Part shown: positions 1-12,043 of the stretch, one piece after another
How the letters are laid out: each line of letters starts with the position of its first letter
Position numbering within the stretch: position 1 is the stretch's first letter
Notes under the pieces: model-generated
Told to the model about the DNA's origin: nothing
Database searches by the model: none
What the model saw: only the letters and a program-made list of their open reading frames with translations
Assembly (NCBI GenBank): GCA_964234715.1
Contig: OZ174277.1
DNA length: 64,000 nt
Strand: one strand, 5' to 3'
Source of the DNA: Podarcis melisellensis
Taxonomy: Eukaryota
Translations under genes and position numbers: made by a program

Positions 1-2243
1 TGCAAGCAACTATCTGTCGCTCTGGAAGCAGTTCCAATCTTGTTCAGTTCATTAAAAAAATATTTCTGTGCTGACAGCATTTTGGGGAAGCTGGAAGCGG
101 CTTGCTAGGGGGGGAGTCTGGCTTGCCATGAGAAAGCTGAGAATTTGATTTTATGGGAAGTCTAGCTTCCAGTGGTCTGGGTTTGACAAAGTATTCTCCT
201 TTCTACTACAAACTGCAGGCAACCACTGGGAGATTTTTGCTGGTGACAACAGCAAGATGCTCTCTGCTTCCCACTGTGAAGTGGGCATTCCCATTTTTTT
301 TCTTTTTCACATGCAGCATATGCTGCCTCTGATGAGAAACAATCTCAATGATCTCCTGTATTTTCCTAAAATGACTATTTGTAATTCTGCCGTCAGAATA
401 ATAAATATTGGGACACTCACACAGCTTGCATGCCTATTCAAGGCAGCTTCTCGGTTGCAATGGCCTACCCCTATTTTTAATTCCTTGAATTCTTTCTTCT
501 GCACCTTTTTGTGCTCAAACTAGATGCAGGTAATCAAACACCCTGCTCCAAAGTACTAAAAATTTGTCAAGTTTCCAAAATACTTGGTTTCCTGGTAAGA
601 GTGGCGGGAAGAAGGAACAAGGGTTCAGGCAGGGAAGGGCAAGGGAACAAGTTTATGTGTGGACTGTTATGCCACACATTTCTTTCTTGGATGAATCACA
701 ACTGAGGTTTAAGGAACTTCTGCTTTAAATACGAGGCTCAAATAAGTTTTAACTGGAAGCATTTCCACCTTTTCCCCTTTCCAGACTTCATCATGTTCTG
801 CTTTAAGGAATGTTACAGCTTGATTTATCAAAGAAGCACAGTTTTCCGTACAGAAAACTTTGCAAACTCCCCCGTTTATTTCACTGATATATCTATGCCC
901 AAAGTAAAAATGTTAACCAAAGCACAAAAGCATGTCTGTCATGACGTTGTGTATTTGGATCTTCAAAAAGTTTGTTGATGTCACCAATTTATTCAGCTAT
1001 TCTGTCCATATACCATATATAATGAGCAGGACAATTTTGTGAATAGGAGAATTTTTTTAGTGGTTCATTCAAGAAATTTCCATTCAGATCCTGTCTTTAT
1101 CTGTGGCCAGTAACAATACAGTAATACAGTAAGTGGACTAGCAGCATAAGAATTCATCAACCTATATTGTGGTTCAGATTTAACCTTCAGAAGTTCTGCT
1201 TTGTTATGAAAAGGGCTTTAGATAGAGGAGGACGTTTCTACAAGTTCATAATATCAGTGGTGACCTTCTCTTTGACTCTGCTGAAACATCCTTGTGACTC
1301 TTAGTTCAGCGCTGCGTGTACCGCTGTTTGACAGTCTGATTTGTTTTGTGGTATAGTGACATGATAGGTCCCTTTAGGCTCCTGAGCTGTCCTGCTGTTT
1401 TCTGTGAGCACCACAGATGGGTACCAGTTTTGCTGGGCAGGTTTGATTTTTTTTTGTCTCGGAGACCATATGTTACCTCCCCTGTTACCTTACGCCACCC
1501 TGCTCCCTTGGCAACTGCCAGTGGCAGATAGCTGGACACCATCCACAAACTGTTGTTATCATTCTTTTCCAATAACAGGTGTTTCTATTATCTTGCTGCT
1601 TATGGGACTGTGGCGACAACTCCCTTGAGCTTCAGCAGGCTTCATGAGCACGTTTATGTCATCACGGAAGCAAGGTACACTGTTTCTCTTCTATTCACTT
1701 TCTGACACAATTGAAAAATCCTTACCTTAAAAGTGTTTCTGTCCTATTATATTTCTCCATGTTGTACGTGAATGAGCCACTGTTCACATGGGTAGGCGAT
1801 CAGACTGGGTAATGGGGAAGTTGTGGATTTATATTCTGCCAGTCAGCTAAAATTTGTATTGCTCAATGAAAGAGTTATTTCATATTGACACTCCTGTGTC
1901 TCCCAAGAATCAGTGAAATTAATATTATCCTGATGGGCAAACTACTAACTCGGTATGGGGTTTTTTAGCATTTGTGAATTTAGGCAACAAGGTCCATGTT
2001 CATTCACACTGAAGTCAAGGGGATTTAAGCAACCTGTACACAAAATTTATTTTTTGTTTTCACCTGCCCCTCCATGACTCAAGGTGGCTTTATGGCACAT
2101 TCAAATGTACAAAAATAAAAGCAATTTAGCAAAACCAATAAAGAGACATACTGGCAAACACCACTAATTTCAACAACTGCTGCAGATAGGGTGGATATTT
2201 TAATCTAGCATGAGAAATGCATGCTACTGTGGAAGTAAAATAT

Positions 2244-2271
2244 TGCGCGCGCGCGCACACACACACACACA

Positions 2272-2312
<41 letters not shown>
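2244..2312. repeat. (GC)6-(AC)n microsatellite, alternating purine-pyrimidine tract
   Basis: tgcgcgcgcgcgcacacac...acgtacacac... seen directly. Confidence 0.95.
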
Positions 2313-2314
<2 letters not shown>

Positions 2315-5091
2315 ATCTCCAGATCAACCTTAATCATCCTACATCTGGTGAATCTCAATATGCAAAAAAATGCCATTGCAAATCTGTATGATTCTTATGT
2401 TTATCATCTAACAATCCAATGCATACAACAGAATATGCCTCACTTATTTTTCTGTCTACTTCCTTCTTTCAGACCTATTTGAGGTCTAAACTAATCTTTT
2501 CAAACCACTTACTCCAAATTAATCTCAACGTCAATGGGACAATGCAGGAATAAGAGAGAGCTATGGCTGAAGTCTGTAAAATATAATTTCTTTGTTTATG
2601 AAAACATCTTGTTGAAAGCAATGTATGTCACCCTGTTCCAAAGGGGTATCACACACATAACCAAAATGGGGACACAACAAAACCAATTAAGAAATACCAA
2701 CTTGCACCATTCATCCAGTATTACTGTCACTGGGACAAAGAAGGCACTCGAAGAAAAAAATCATATTAAAATCTGATTCCCATCTGAAGTTTCTAGATGT
2801 CACTTCCGGCAGCAAGACTGGCACCAAGATGGAAGTGATGGTGGTGGGCAAGAAGGGTACCTTCAAAGAAGTAACTAGTTTAGGTGTTCAAAGCTGTTGC
2901 TGCCGGTTTGGCTCAATAACTGTGGTGATGCCTCTGTGAATCCTGCTAATCCCCCAGGACAGCAGTTCTCAAAGGGGGTGGCAGAAGAGAATGCCAGGTG
3001 TGGCAGGAAGATTCAAGGGCAATCAAAGAAACCTTTAAACATTTCAGTGTAGTATAGTATAGTATCAAAATAATATATATTTTTATTTGCAGAATATATC
3101 TTTTCAAAATCAAGCTCTACTGGGAGTTGTTTCTTTCTGTTTTCCAATGTATCAATTAAAAATTGAGTGTGGTGTGAGCAAATTTTTCTTCTAAAAGTAT
3201 GGCCCAGAGAAAAGAGATTGAGAACCAGGCCAACGAGGATCAACGTCACGGTTTGGCAGCAGTGATGTAGTTAGCAATTTATCCCCTTAAGTAAAGTTAA
3301 TGTCACAATCCTGCACTGGCTCTAGGGAAGTCGAAAGAGACGCAGCTGAGGAGATGAGGTAAAGAGTACAAAACAAGCAGGGATAGGTGGACAGGCATCA
3401 GTTCTGGGGGTGGGCAGTTGGACTATCTTACTTCATAGAATTGTATAGTTGGGAGGGACCCATCCACCTTGGCACTATAGTAATATCCTCAACCCATCAT
3501 ATCACATGGGATTTTTTTCCAGGATTTTTAACCCTCTTTTCTACCTCTGTAAAATTATATTTAAATTCCCAGGTGCATCTGCACAGAGCCACTACTGCCA
3601 CCACCCTGTCCCCCAATTTCAAGGCACAGAATATTTTAAATATGGTAGCAAGGACTATCTTTCAACACCTGCTGCTAGTTTGTTCTATCAAGGAAAAAGG
3701 CACTCCTAGATACAAAATCCCCAATCAGGCCCTTTTAAAAACTAGGATACCTTGGGCAGGCCCCTTCATAAATTAAGGTTGAATAACTGATAACCTGTTT
3801 AGAAATAACTCTTCTGAAAAAGGAGTGGTTTATTATAGGAGCAGTCAAAATAGGGAAAAAATAGCAAAATATTGTATTATTTAGGCAGACACCTTACTTC
3901 ATTTTCCTGGTTTGAAAATAGTACTAAGGAGGACTTAAGATTTACATATGGGTTCTAAAAATTATTTGTTAAAAGCTGTTTCAAAAGATGATATCCAACA
4001 TCAGTCATGCTCACAAGGAGGTGCACTGATTTCAATGAGTTTGCTTGGAGTACGATTAAGGGATGTCACCAGAATCCCCTAGACGTCTTTGAATACAAGG
4101 CTTCTCAGCTCTCCAACCTAGCCAAATGTTGACCAACAAATGTAAGAACAGAAGAGTAAGATTCCCAAACACTCCTCTTTTTAAGAACCTATGGCTTTCA
4201 GTATTGGACAAGCAAAATCCATCCATCCCATTATAGGCAGGGTTTGTGAAAAGCCAATCAGGGAACTCCACTTTCTTAACAGAGTAATGCTTCCACCTCC
4301 AGATTCCTGGGCCAATTTGAGCTAGACAAGGTCGGAATAATGTCATGCACTTAAGCTGTGAAAACTGATTTAACATGTGAAATGGAATTTCAGAAGGGGA
4401 GACAGAGAGACAGACAACACACAAACCCTCATTCCAATTCTGATAGACTGGGTTACAGCCTTTGCCATTTCCTAAAATGGAATTTGGGCTATATAAGACA
4501 GCAGAGCTATTCCAAATGAATGCAGGGACACAACAGGCTGCATTTTGTCTGTTTGGTTGGTTTCCTAATGCTTGTCTGGGGATGTCCTGAAAGAAAACTT
4601 TCCTGCATTTCTAGCAGTGTTTCATGAACCTCATAACACTGAGAAGATGGGAATGCAATGGAAATGGGCCAAAAGACCTCCATGAACCACAAGTTTGTTT
4701 AAGGGTTAATCCTACTGATGCCTTCCATCATGCGGAGATATACTGCTGCTCGTGAAAGCAGGGGACCCTGCTTTTACAAATATGAGGCCCAGAATTTAGA
4801 ATACGATTCCTAGGCATTTCAACTAGACTAAATTAGAAAAAAGAAACCTAGACCAGTGCAAAACACCAGCTTATAAGTAACAGAAATGGTTATATTCCAG
4901 ACAGCTTAAAGTACTGAAAGTTTCCAATCCCCTTTTCCTTTCCTGTGTTTATTTTTAGCACACATGGCAGAAGTAAATCAAGAAAAGAGAAATTAAATGC
5001 ATCCCAATGATAAAGTCAAAAAGGTACAGTTGTGATGGTGGTGCCTGACATCCAGCAGGCTCTCAGTGTAGTGAGAAAAAGTGGTAATAAT

Positions 5092-5156
5092 AGCAGTCTA
5101 TCTGTGATTTAACTTTGAGAGCAGTCTATCTGTGATGTAACTTTGAGAGCAGTCTA
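5092..5156. repeat. 28-bp tandem duplication (about 2.3 copies)
   Basis: agcagtctatctgtgat(t/g)taactttgag twice, then agcagtcta. Confidence 0.9.
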
Positions 5157-8100
5157 GTTTTCCAGTGGTTCTCGGTGTACTGCAATGAAAGTCAAGTGCC
5201 TTCTTACCAAATCCCTCTACAATACAGGATTACGGGTATTGAAATCATATTTAGATACTGACCTTCACTAATGCTCAATGTTGACATTTAAGCAAGCAAT
5301 AAATGTAGCACCAATTATTTGGTGTTCTATAAATATGAAATTTAATTAAAGTAAAAATAAAAGTGCAGGGATTTTTTAAATGCTTTGCCCTTTATACCCT
5401 GTGTATCAAGTCCCTGGACTAAGGGCTATTTTAATCTACAGGAATGTGCCACAGTCTGCTGACAAAAGCACTACAACTAGCTAATAGCCACTAAGCACTG
5501 CAATATGCAATGCAGTTTTCTTTGAAGAAGGAATGGCAGTCATGTCAAAGCCTTTAAGAGACGCCAGGCCGGCTTGAGCCCATGTTTCAGGAACTGAAAA
5601 TGCATTTCCACCATTCTGTCCTAAAAAAGCCAGCTATGGAAGTGCTGATTCTTCTGTGGCATGTGGCTTACTTCATTCAGTTGTTAGAATCATTTTAATA
5701 AGTTAGACTGTAAGAAATGTGAACTTTTTTTTTAGTACAGTAACATGAAAATTAAAAAGACAGTCTGACAGGGCAGCAAAAAACCCAAAAAAACTCCACT
5801 AAGCAGGTGGAAACGTCACTCACATACTGTGGACAGACTTTTTGGCACCAGATGGACTGCTGTTGTGTAAATTGCTTAAATTATAAGGAGTAGATTACAA
5901 TTAAGAAGCAGTTTTCCAAGTAGGTTAAGACACAGAGATATTGGAATAAAGGTGGCGCAAGACTATAAGCCAACACTATGCAGTAACATGCCGCATTGTG
6001 AAATCCAAAATTTACAATGGGAAAACCCCACATAGTAACAGAGTGCTATGAAAATATTGACAAACTGAAAGTAAAATCTCATAGAATATCTATAAATGTA
6101 AGAATATCCTATACACAAAGAAATATGTTTGGTTTAAGGGGAGAGCTGAGGCTCTTACAAATTCACACAGGCAACAAAAACAATGTAATTGCAAGTTAAT
6201 GCTCCTGTCTTAACTTCTAAGTTATGCAAGCAGCAAAACTATTGGGACAATTTCACATACTCCATTTCCTTAGAACTTGGAAGTACTTTCAAGCAGCATG
6301 GAGAGGTAAAGTTTAGCTAAGCGTCTGGATCAGCAAACCCCCCCCCCCACACTTCATGTTTTACAGCACAGGGGAAGCACCAGAGGAGTAAGGGTCATCC
6401 TTCTTATTTATCATTCATTATGATTTGTGCTCACAATGGTATCAGGGTGGCCAGACTGCTTCATTTGCAATAAGTACATGTCCCATAGTTTCCTGCTAAG
6501 ATCCTGTGACCTTTCATAACACAAATGTGGCGGGGGGTGGTTTGCTATTGTTATTGAATAGTGGGAGAGTGCCTTTCCTGATGGAAGAAATGTTGTGACA
6601 CTAGAGAAGCATCACAGAACAACTAATAAAGTGGAATGGTGTGTGGATGCTTCAGATTGATTCCATTACTGGTGTCGCAAAATACACTTGCAACAAAAGA
6701 AAATGGAGGGGCTACAAGACTTCTTCCTCTTAGTGCTAAAACACACTAATATTTGGAGTTGGATGCTCAGTAAGTTGTACATCCAGCTCAAGGTTTTTGC
6801 CATAACACAGGGCTGGAGTTAAACTGGGAAGAGGAATGTCTGAGGCAAATCACGACGTCATACCAATTGGCACACATTTCTCCAGTTTTGTCCATTTTAT
6901 CCCACCAGACTCAAGCAAAGTGGCAACAGTAGGGCAATGGGGCAGCCACTGCATAACACTCTTCAACAACAAACCTTGGCTACAGGTCATGGTTTAGGAG
7001 AAGAGAGGGTGAGCACAGCCTCACATTTGGATGACATGCTAAGTTTGGCTTAGCTGCCATGTCATGCTGAGGTAGAAGGACCTGGAAATAGCAAAGCGGT
7101 TGTGACTGCATCCCTGGTTTGGCTTAGCATTATGTGTGAATGATATACCTAATATTCCTTCTCTGCCTTTTCTCTAGGTTTTCTATCCAGGGACAGATGT
7201 GTTCTAAAGATTGCCTCTGTTCCACTGCAGGTTCTATGGAAAGTGCCTTTTAAAAATATTTACGTGCAAAATAACAGCAGGAGGTTAACTTTACATTGTC
7301 GTGGTTTATGCATTCATTTCCTTATAATCTGTTGCACATGCCCTTTATGACTATCACAATGGGCACATTCCTCCTCATTTCTCGGGTATTTCTTGTACTG
7401 CATTACTGCATTGCTAGAGGCAGGGTGAGGATGGTAAGGAGTCAAAACATTTCTCACCAGGCTGTAAAATATTTAGACAAAACATGAATATTTTATGGCC
7501 ACGAAATCACAAAGTTCTTGTGCAGATTCCTGGAAACATCTGCTTATAGCACTGCACTGAAAAGAACCAAGCAGAATATCAAGGGTTTTTACAACAGGGA
7601 TAGTTAATTATACTGAATATATTTAGGATATTAATCATGGACTCAGGAAAATGTTAACAGCAACTAAATGTCATCTATACGAGACATTTTGTACTCAGAA
7701 ACAGATTCCTTAGTACAAAATATAATACTGAATTAGTTATGGCAGGTTCCCTCGGGTATAAACTGTGGGTTTTCCTTTCAAAATGCATGCAGTCTAGAAA
7801 AGGTGGGACGGTGGTTGCTGGTGTTTATTTTAAAAGGGATTTTATTTATTTATCTTCATAACAAATATGATAGTGTGTAGTGTGTTTTTGTACATTAGCA
7901 AGAAGCAAGAATTTAATGGTCAAAACCATAATCAAAGCAAGGAAATCATTGTGGGAACAACAATGCCACAGACAAATAAATAATATATAAATATACTGCC
8001 ATAAAGGCATTTTGATTGTATAATTATGAAATCAGTAAAGGACATATAAGGAGAAAATAAAAGGAATAGTCCTAGTATTGGATTAATGTGCATGTAGAAT

Positions 8101-8551
8101 CGGGTTGTTCCACAGGCCTACCTTAAAATTATTCTCACAAAGTGTGGAGGCGTTAAGATGATACTACTACATAGAGTTGGAAAGTAAGTTCATTATTATT
8201 CCTAGTAGCACAAGAGAGTAGCTAAGTATTTGATTTTGTACAGGAGAGCTGGCGATGGAGGCATGTAATTGTTGCTACTGCCATCACCACCACCAATGGG
8301 CAGTTTGTGGGGTTTATTGCTGGTTGCTTTTTGTTTTTCATTCTCTGTGTATTTCTTTTTTACAGGCTGCATTACGTATAATGTAATTATGTTTTAGATA
8401 AGCTAGAGGAAAATGGAATAGAAATATGAGTAATATTGAACATTCAATACAAGTGAAACTAAAAGGATTATGTTCTGTGCAAGTAAATAGACTGATATGG
8501 GACAAATGCTACACAATAAATTTATACATTCCCATAGAAAGTTAAAGCAAC

Positions 8552-8668
8552 TGGGTGATAGCCAACTAAGCCATGCTCACAGTGGACCCATTGAAATCCA
8601 AGGATTTAGGTATAGGCATTCATCTTAAAATATCTACTCTGAGTATGACTAATGTTGGATATCACCCA
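8552..8668. mobile_element. Short MITE (possibly PIF/Harbinger type)
   Basis: Terminal inverted repeats tgggtgatagccaac / gttggatatcaccca (14 of 15 match); family assignment is a guess. Confidence 0.5.
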
Positions 8669-10937
8669 TTAGTTGAGCACCCACAATAGAAAGTTACAAG
8701 CTTTCCAAGTAGGCATAAAGTATATTCTAGGTCGCATATAAAGAGAATAAATTAATATAAATGTAACAGCCAATATCCTAAAAGAACTAGGAACAATAGG
8801 CATTGGGCTTGTACAATATATTAGGTCCATTATCAAATTATATATAAAGTAGAATATGTTTCTTTTTGTGATCAATCTTCTCCGAGAAAGGAAGATTAAA
8901 TTTTAATCAAAGCTGAATGGAAAACTAATTTTACATGAGAAAACCTCAATTAAAACTGTCTTCCCTGAAAATAGGTTCCAGTTTACAATGTTTGGTCCAG
9001 GTAATGAAGTAAACATCTGGAAATTGAAAGGATATTAAGTAGTCATTGGAAGTATAATTAAAGTAGTAAATTAAAGAACAGCTAACTTCTATCATTTGAT
9101 GTAATGTTAATCAGTTCCCAATATCTTCCTTAACAGATTTTTGCATGCTACTGCTGGAGCACAGAAGGCTGGAAGGGGAAAAGAGAAAGCTAAAGTGCCG
9201 ATGTGCATTTAGAGGGGATCATTGGATATCAGCCTAATAAACTCTATAGGCTCAAAACAGAGGAAGTTTCCTTTTCGCTCCTACTCATTCTTATCAATAT
9301 ATGAAGACTCTACAGAATCCTCACAGAATCAAATCAGATAGATAAGATTGTGATCATCACTTCCACAGTGATTTGTAAATCTGATTCTAAATACTTGCCT
9401 CTCAGAATGCCATTAGTGATAATGCAGCATACATGGGTGCATGTTTTTTGCCCGTGGAGCTAACAGCTACTGCAAAGGCAGGCAGAATCTAGAATGCTGA
9501 AATCAGGCTCCCTACTTCCACAGATAAATAGGCAATTTCAACTGTCCTGGGTTATCGTTCCCTCTCTCTTTGATACTAACAAATCACAAAGGACTGTGGA
9601 ACAAAACAGTATTAAACTAGTACCTGGAACATGTTTCAGACCTCCCTGAGCTTTTAGTGTCATTCAAGGAACTGTTGATGGGCAGAAAAAGTAAGTTGAG
9701 GTCCACCTTACCAGGAGATGAAGCATAATATAGATTCAGACTATAGACTGAAAGAAGTGGTACTTCTTAGAGGACTCATACTATCAGGGCACACAAATGT
9801 AGAATACAGGTTATATATGGCCTCTAGCTTCATGAGACACCATAAAATGAAATGCTGCAGCTCCACAGAATCCATCTTTGAAAGGAGAGTGTGGCTGCAA
9901 AGAAATATTAAGTGGTGTATGACCAAATGCAAAGAAAGCATGTCCCCCACAGCCAGGGATGATGGGACTGCTTTGGGACTTCCATTTCATGGAGTGGAAA
10001 GATTAATGTGAAGGATGTACTTCGTGAGAATTCTTCTATTCAGCAGTAAGAAAGTGGTTACAATCTTCTGTGCTTGGCACTGGAATCAGGTATATTAGCT
10101 TTCTTCCCTCACCTGCTTTTTTGAAGGTTAGGGACTACAGGCAATGAGAACCTCATGGTCCTTGATGCTCTTGCTGTAGCCACCATTGCTTATTTTGTGC
10201 TGTCTCTCACACTGACAATGTTTTCTGCCTTTAGTTATTTGGGGGTTGCAGTGTCACAGAAGGCTTGCTGGATGAAGGACTTTCTGAGCTCTGTTTTGTG
10301 CACTGGTTTTAGACAGTTTAGTTCTGCCTTTCACGATTCTCTCCCATCACAGAACACAGGTCCGATTCCCCCCCACCAGCCGCCGCAGCCTGCATGACTG
10401 AGGACTAATGTTTAGGCCTCAGATGGTGTGCCTTGCCAAATGAGATTGAAGTAGTTCTCATGATAAAGAACCAGCAACCCTGGCTCAAATTACATGATCA
10501 GGGCTGCAGTGGAGGCAAAGAGCTCAAGCCTCCATATTTCCCACCCCAGGATCCCAGCTTGGGGGTGGTGTGGGGGACTCTGCTGGCTATTTCTACATTC
10601 ATTCAAGGAAAAAATATCATTGTCATGTGTAGTTTGGGGCCCTAAGGACCACTTCTTAACTCCTACACTGAAGCTGTTTCCTATCTTTGGTAAATCTCAA
10701 CACATGGAACTGGTTACTGGTTAGTAGAATTGTCCCATGCACTGTGATCTTCTATGCAGGAGACTGGTAATGTGCGACACAGTCCCTTTGGGCTTCATCA
10801 TCAGACTCTAAGCATACATTTCTCTTTACCAGAGCTGCTAACATTTAAGCCCAAGTGAAACTCCTGTCAAAATGAAAAGAATGACATCGGTGGAAAACAA
10901 ACTGAAAAGCAAACAGAGCAAAAAACCAACATGATAC

Positions 10938-11208
10938 CTCTTTCAGTTCCCAGTGTGTACTCTGGTGTTTGCTTTGGATAACAGGGTGCTGGAGAGTACT
11001 CCACTTGGAATCTTGAACTGCAAAGTGTTTTGATTGTTCCCGGTTGGTGCTCAAAGAGGCATCGGCAGTATCCTCCACTTCATCTGTTTGGCTCTCTTCG
11101 CCCTCGGAAACACAACAACCACCTTCTTTCAGTTGAAACCCTCGGATCAACAGTTGACAGGCCTCTAAGTCAACTTCCCACACTCTTTCAAGAAGCTGGC
11201 TCCCACAG
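10938..11208 (-). CDS. DISC1: DISC1 internal coding exon, equivalent to human exon 11 (271 bp)
   Basis: Acceptor ttctggcttttatttcag|C, donor GAG|gtatca. Encodes CGSQLLERVWEVDLEACQLLIRGFQLKEGGCCVSEGEESQTDEVED...HWELKE, which aligns with recalled human CKCPLLGKVWEADLEACRLLIQSLQLQEARGSLSVEDERQMDDLE...EQKE. In frame with the 61-bp exon. The donor position is less certain than the acceptor. Confidence 0.93.
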
Positions 11209-11780
11209 CTGAAATAAAAGCCAGAAAGAAAATAAGAACTTTGTTCGGAGACAAGAGTTCATCTCTTATGTAATGCTTTGGGAATCTCTTGTTTTGTTTT
11301 GTATTTTTACCAAGATAAAATAAAATAATAGTTCTCAAAAAACAGTTTGGCAAATTTCTTTTTTCTTCTTCTTCAAAATAGTAACTGATAGATGTCAAGG
11401 GGGACCCTGCAATAGGATGATGTTCTCTGCTGCTTGTTAGGTTGTGGAGGTTCTGGCTTGTCCTCCAGAATCTATAGCTGTCTTGAGAATTCTGTGTCTC
11501 ATTCATTCACAGTAGCCAATCAAGCTGCACAGTAGTCTAAAATGGCCCAATTCAATTTCTTCCTGCCCACTCAATGGAGGTGGTTCAGTGATACACCAAA
11601 TCAGGGGCTATCACTTCAGTCTTGGGGTATGTATGCAAAGCATGAGCCAGTCCCTGCTTGTATAGAGCTCTATGTGCACACTGGAGTCCCTCTGTACACA
11701 CTGTATCTGCAGGATTAGGCAGTTCTGTGCACAGTTGTGTCTGTGAAAGTACCATAGATTTCTGGCTCATGGCTCCATGG

Positions 11781-12043
11781 AAGAAGAAGAAGAAGAAGAA
11801 GAAGAGTTTGGATTTGATATCCCGCCTTTCACTCCCTTTAAGGAGTCTCAAAGCGGCTAATATTCTCCTTTCCCTTCCTCCCCCACAACAAACACTCTGT
11901 GAGGTGAGTGGGGCTGAGAGACTTCAAAGAAGTGTGACTAGCCCAAGGTCACCCAGCAGCTGCATGTGGAGGAGTGGAGACGCGAACCCGGTTCCCCAGA
12001 TTACAAGACTACTGCTCTTAACCACTACACCACACTGGCTCTC
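11781..12043 (-). mobile_element. tRNA-derived SINE, Squam3-like, full length with (CTT)n tail
   Basis: Minus-strand head GAGAGCCAGTGTGGTGTAGTGGTTAAGAGC (A box) ...CCGGGTTCGCGTC (B box) and (CTT)n tail; nearly identical to the copy at 49704. Confidence 0.9.

Larger units (their letters stand above)
1..10937 (-). other. DISC1: DISC1 intron 11 (partial)
   Basis: Downstream of the exon-11 donor; no exon-12-like (..LGEKCE..LEDQL..) sequence found by eye. Confidence 0.65.

Noticed and set aside
1579-1674. 96-bp plus-strand exon-like segment (CFYYLAAYGTVATTPLSFSRLHEHVYVITEA)
   Set aside because: Mediocre donor, no homology, and its phase does not join the open frame at 16038.
6865-6900. Minus-strand KLEKCVPIG, superficially like DISC1 exon 12 (LGEKCE)
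   Set aside because: No LEDQL motif and no suitable splice sites; exon 12 is probably left of the window.
10155-10397. 80-aa plus-strand ORF with a hydrophobic, membrane-like N-terminus (MVLDALAVATIAYFVLSLTL...)
   Set aside because: No recognisable homology, no supporting exon structure, antisense within a DISC1 intron; T-rich DNA readily yields hydrophobic ORFs.
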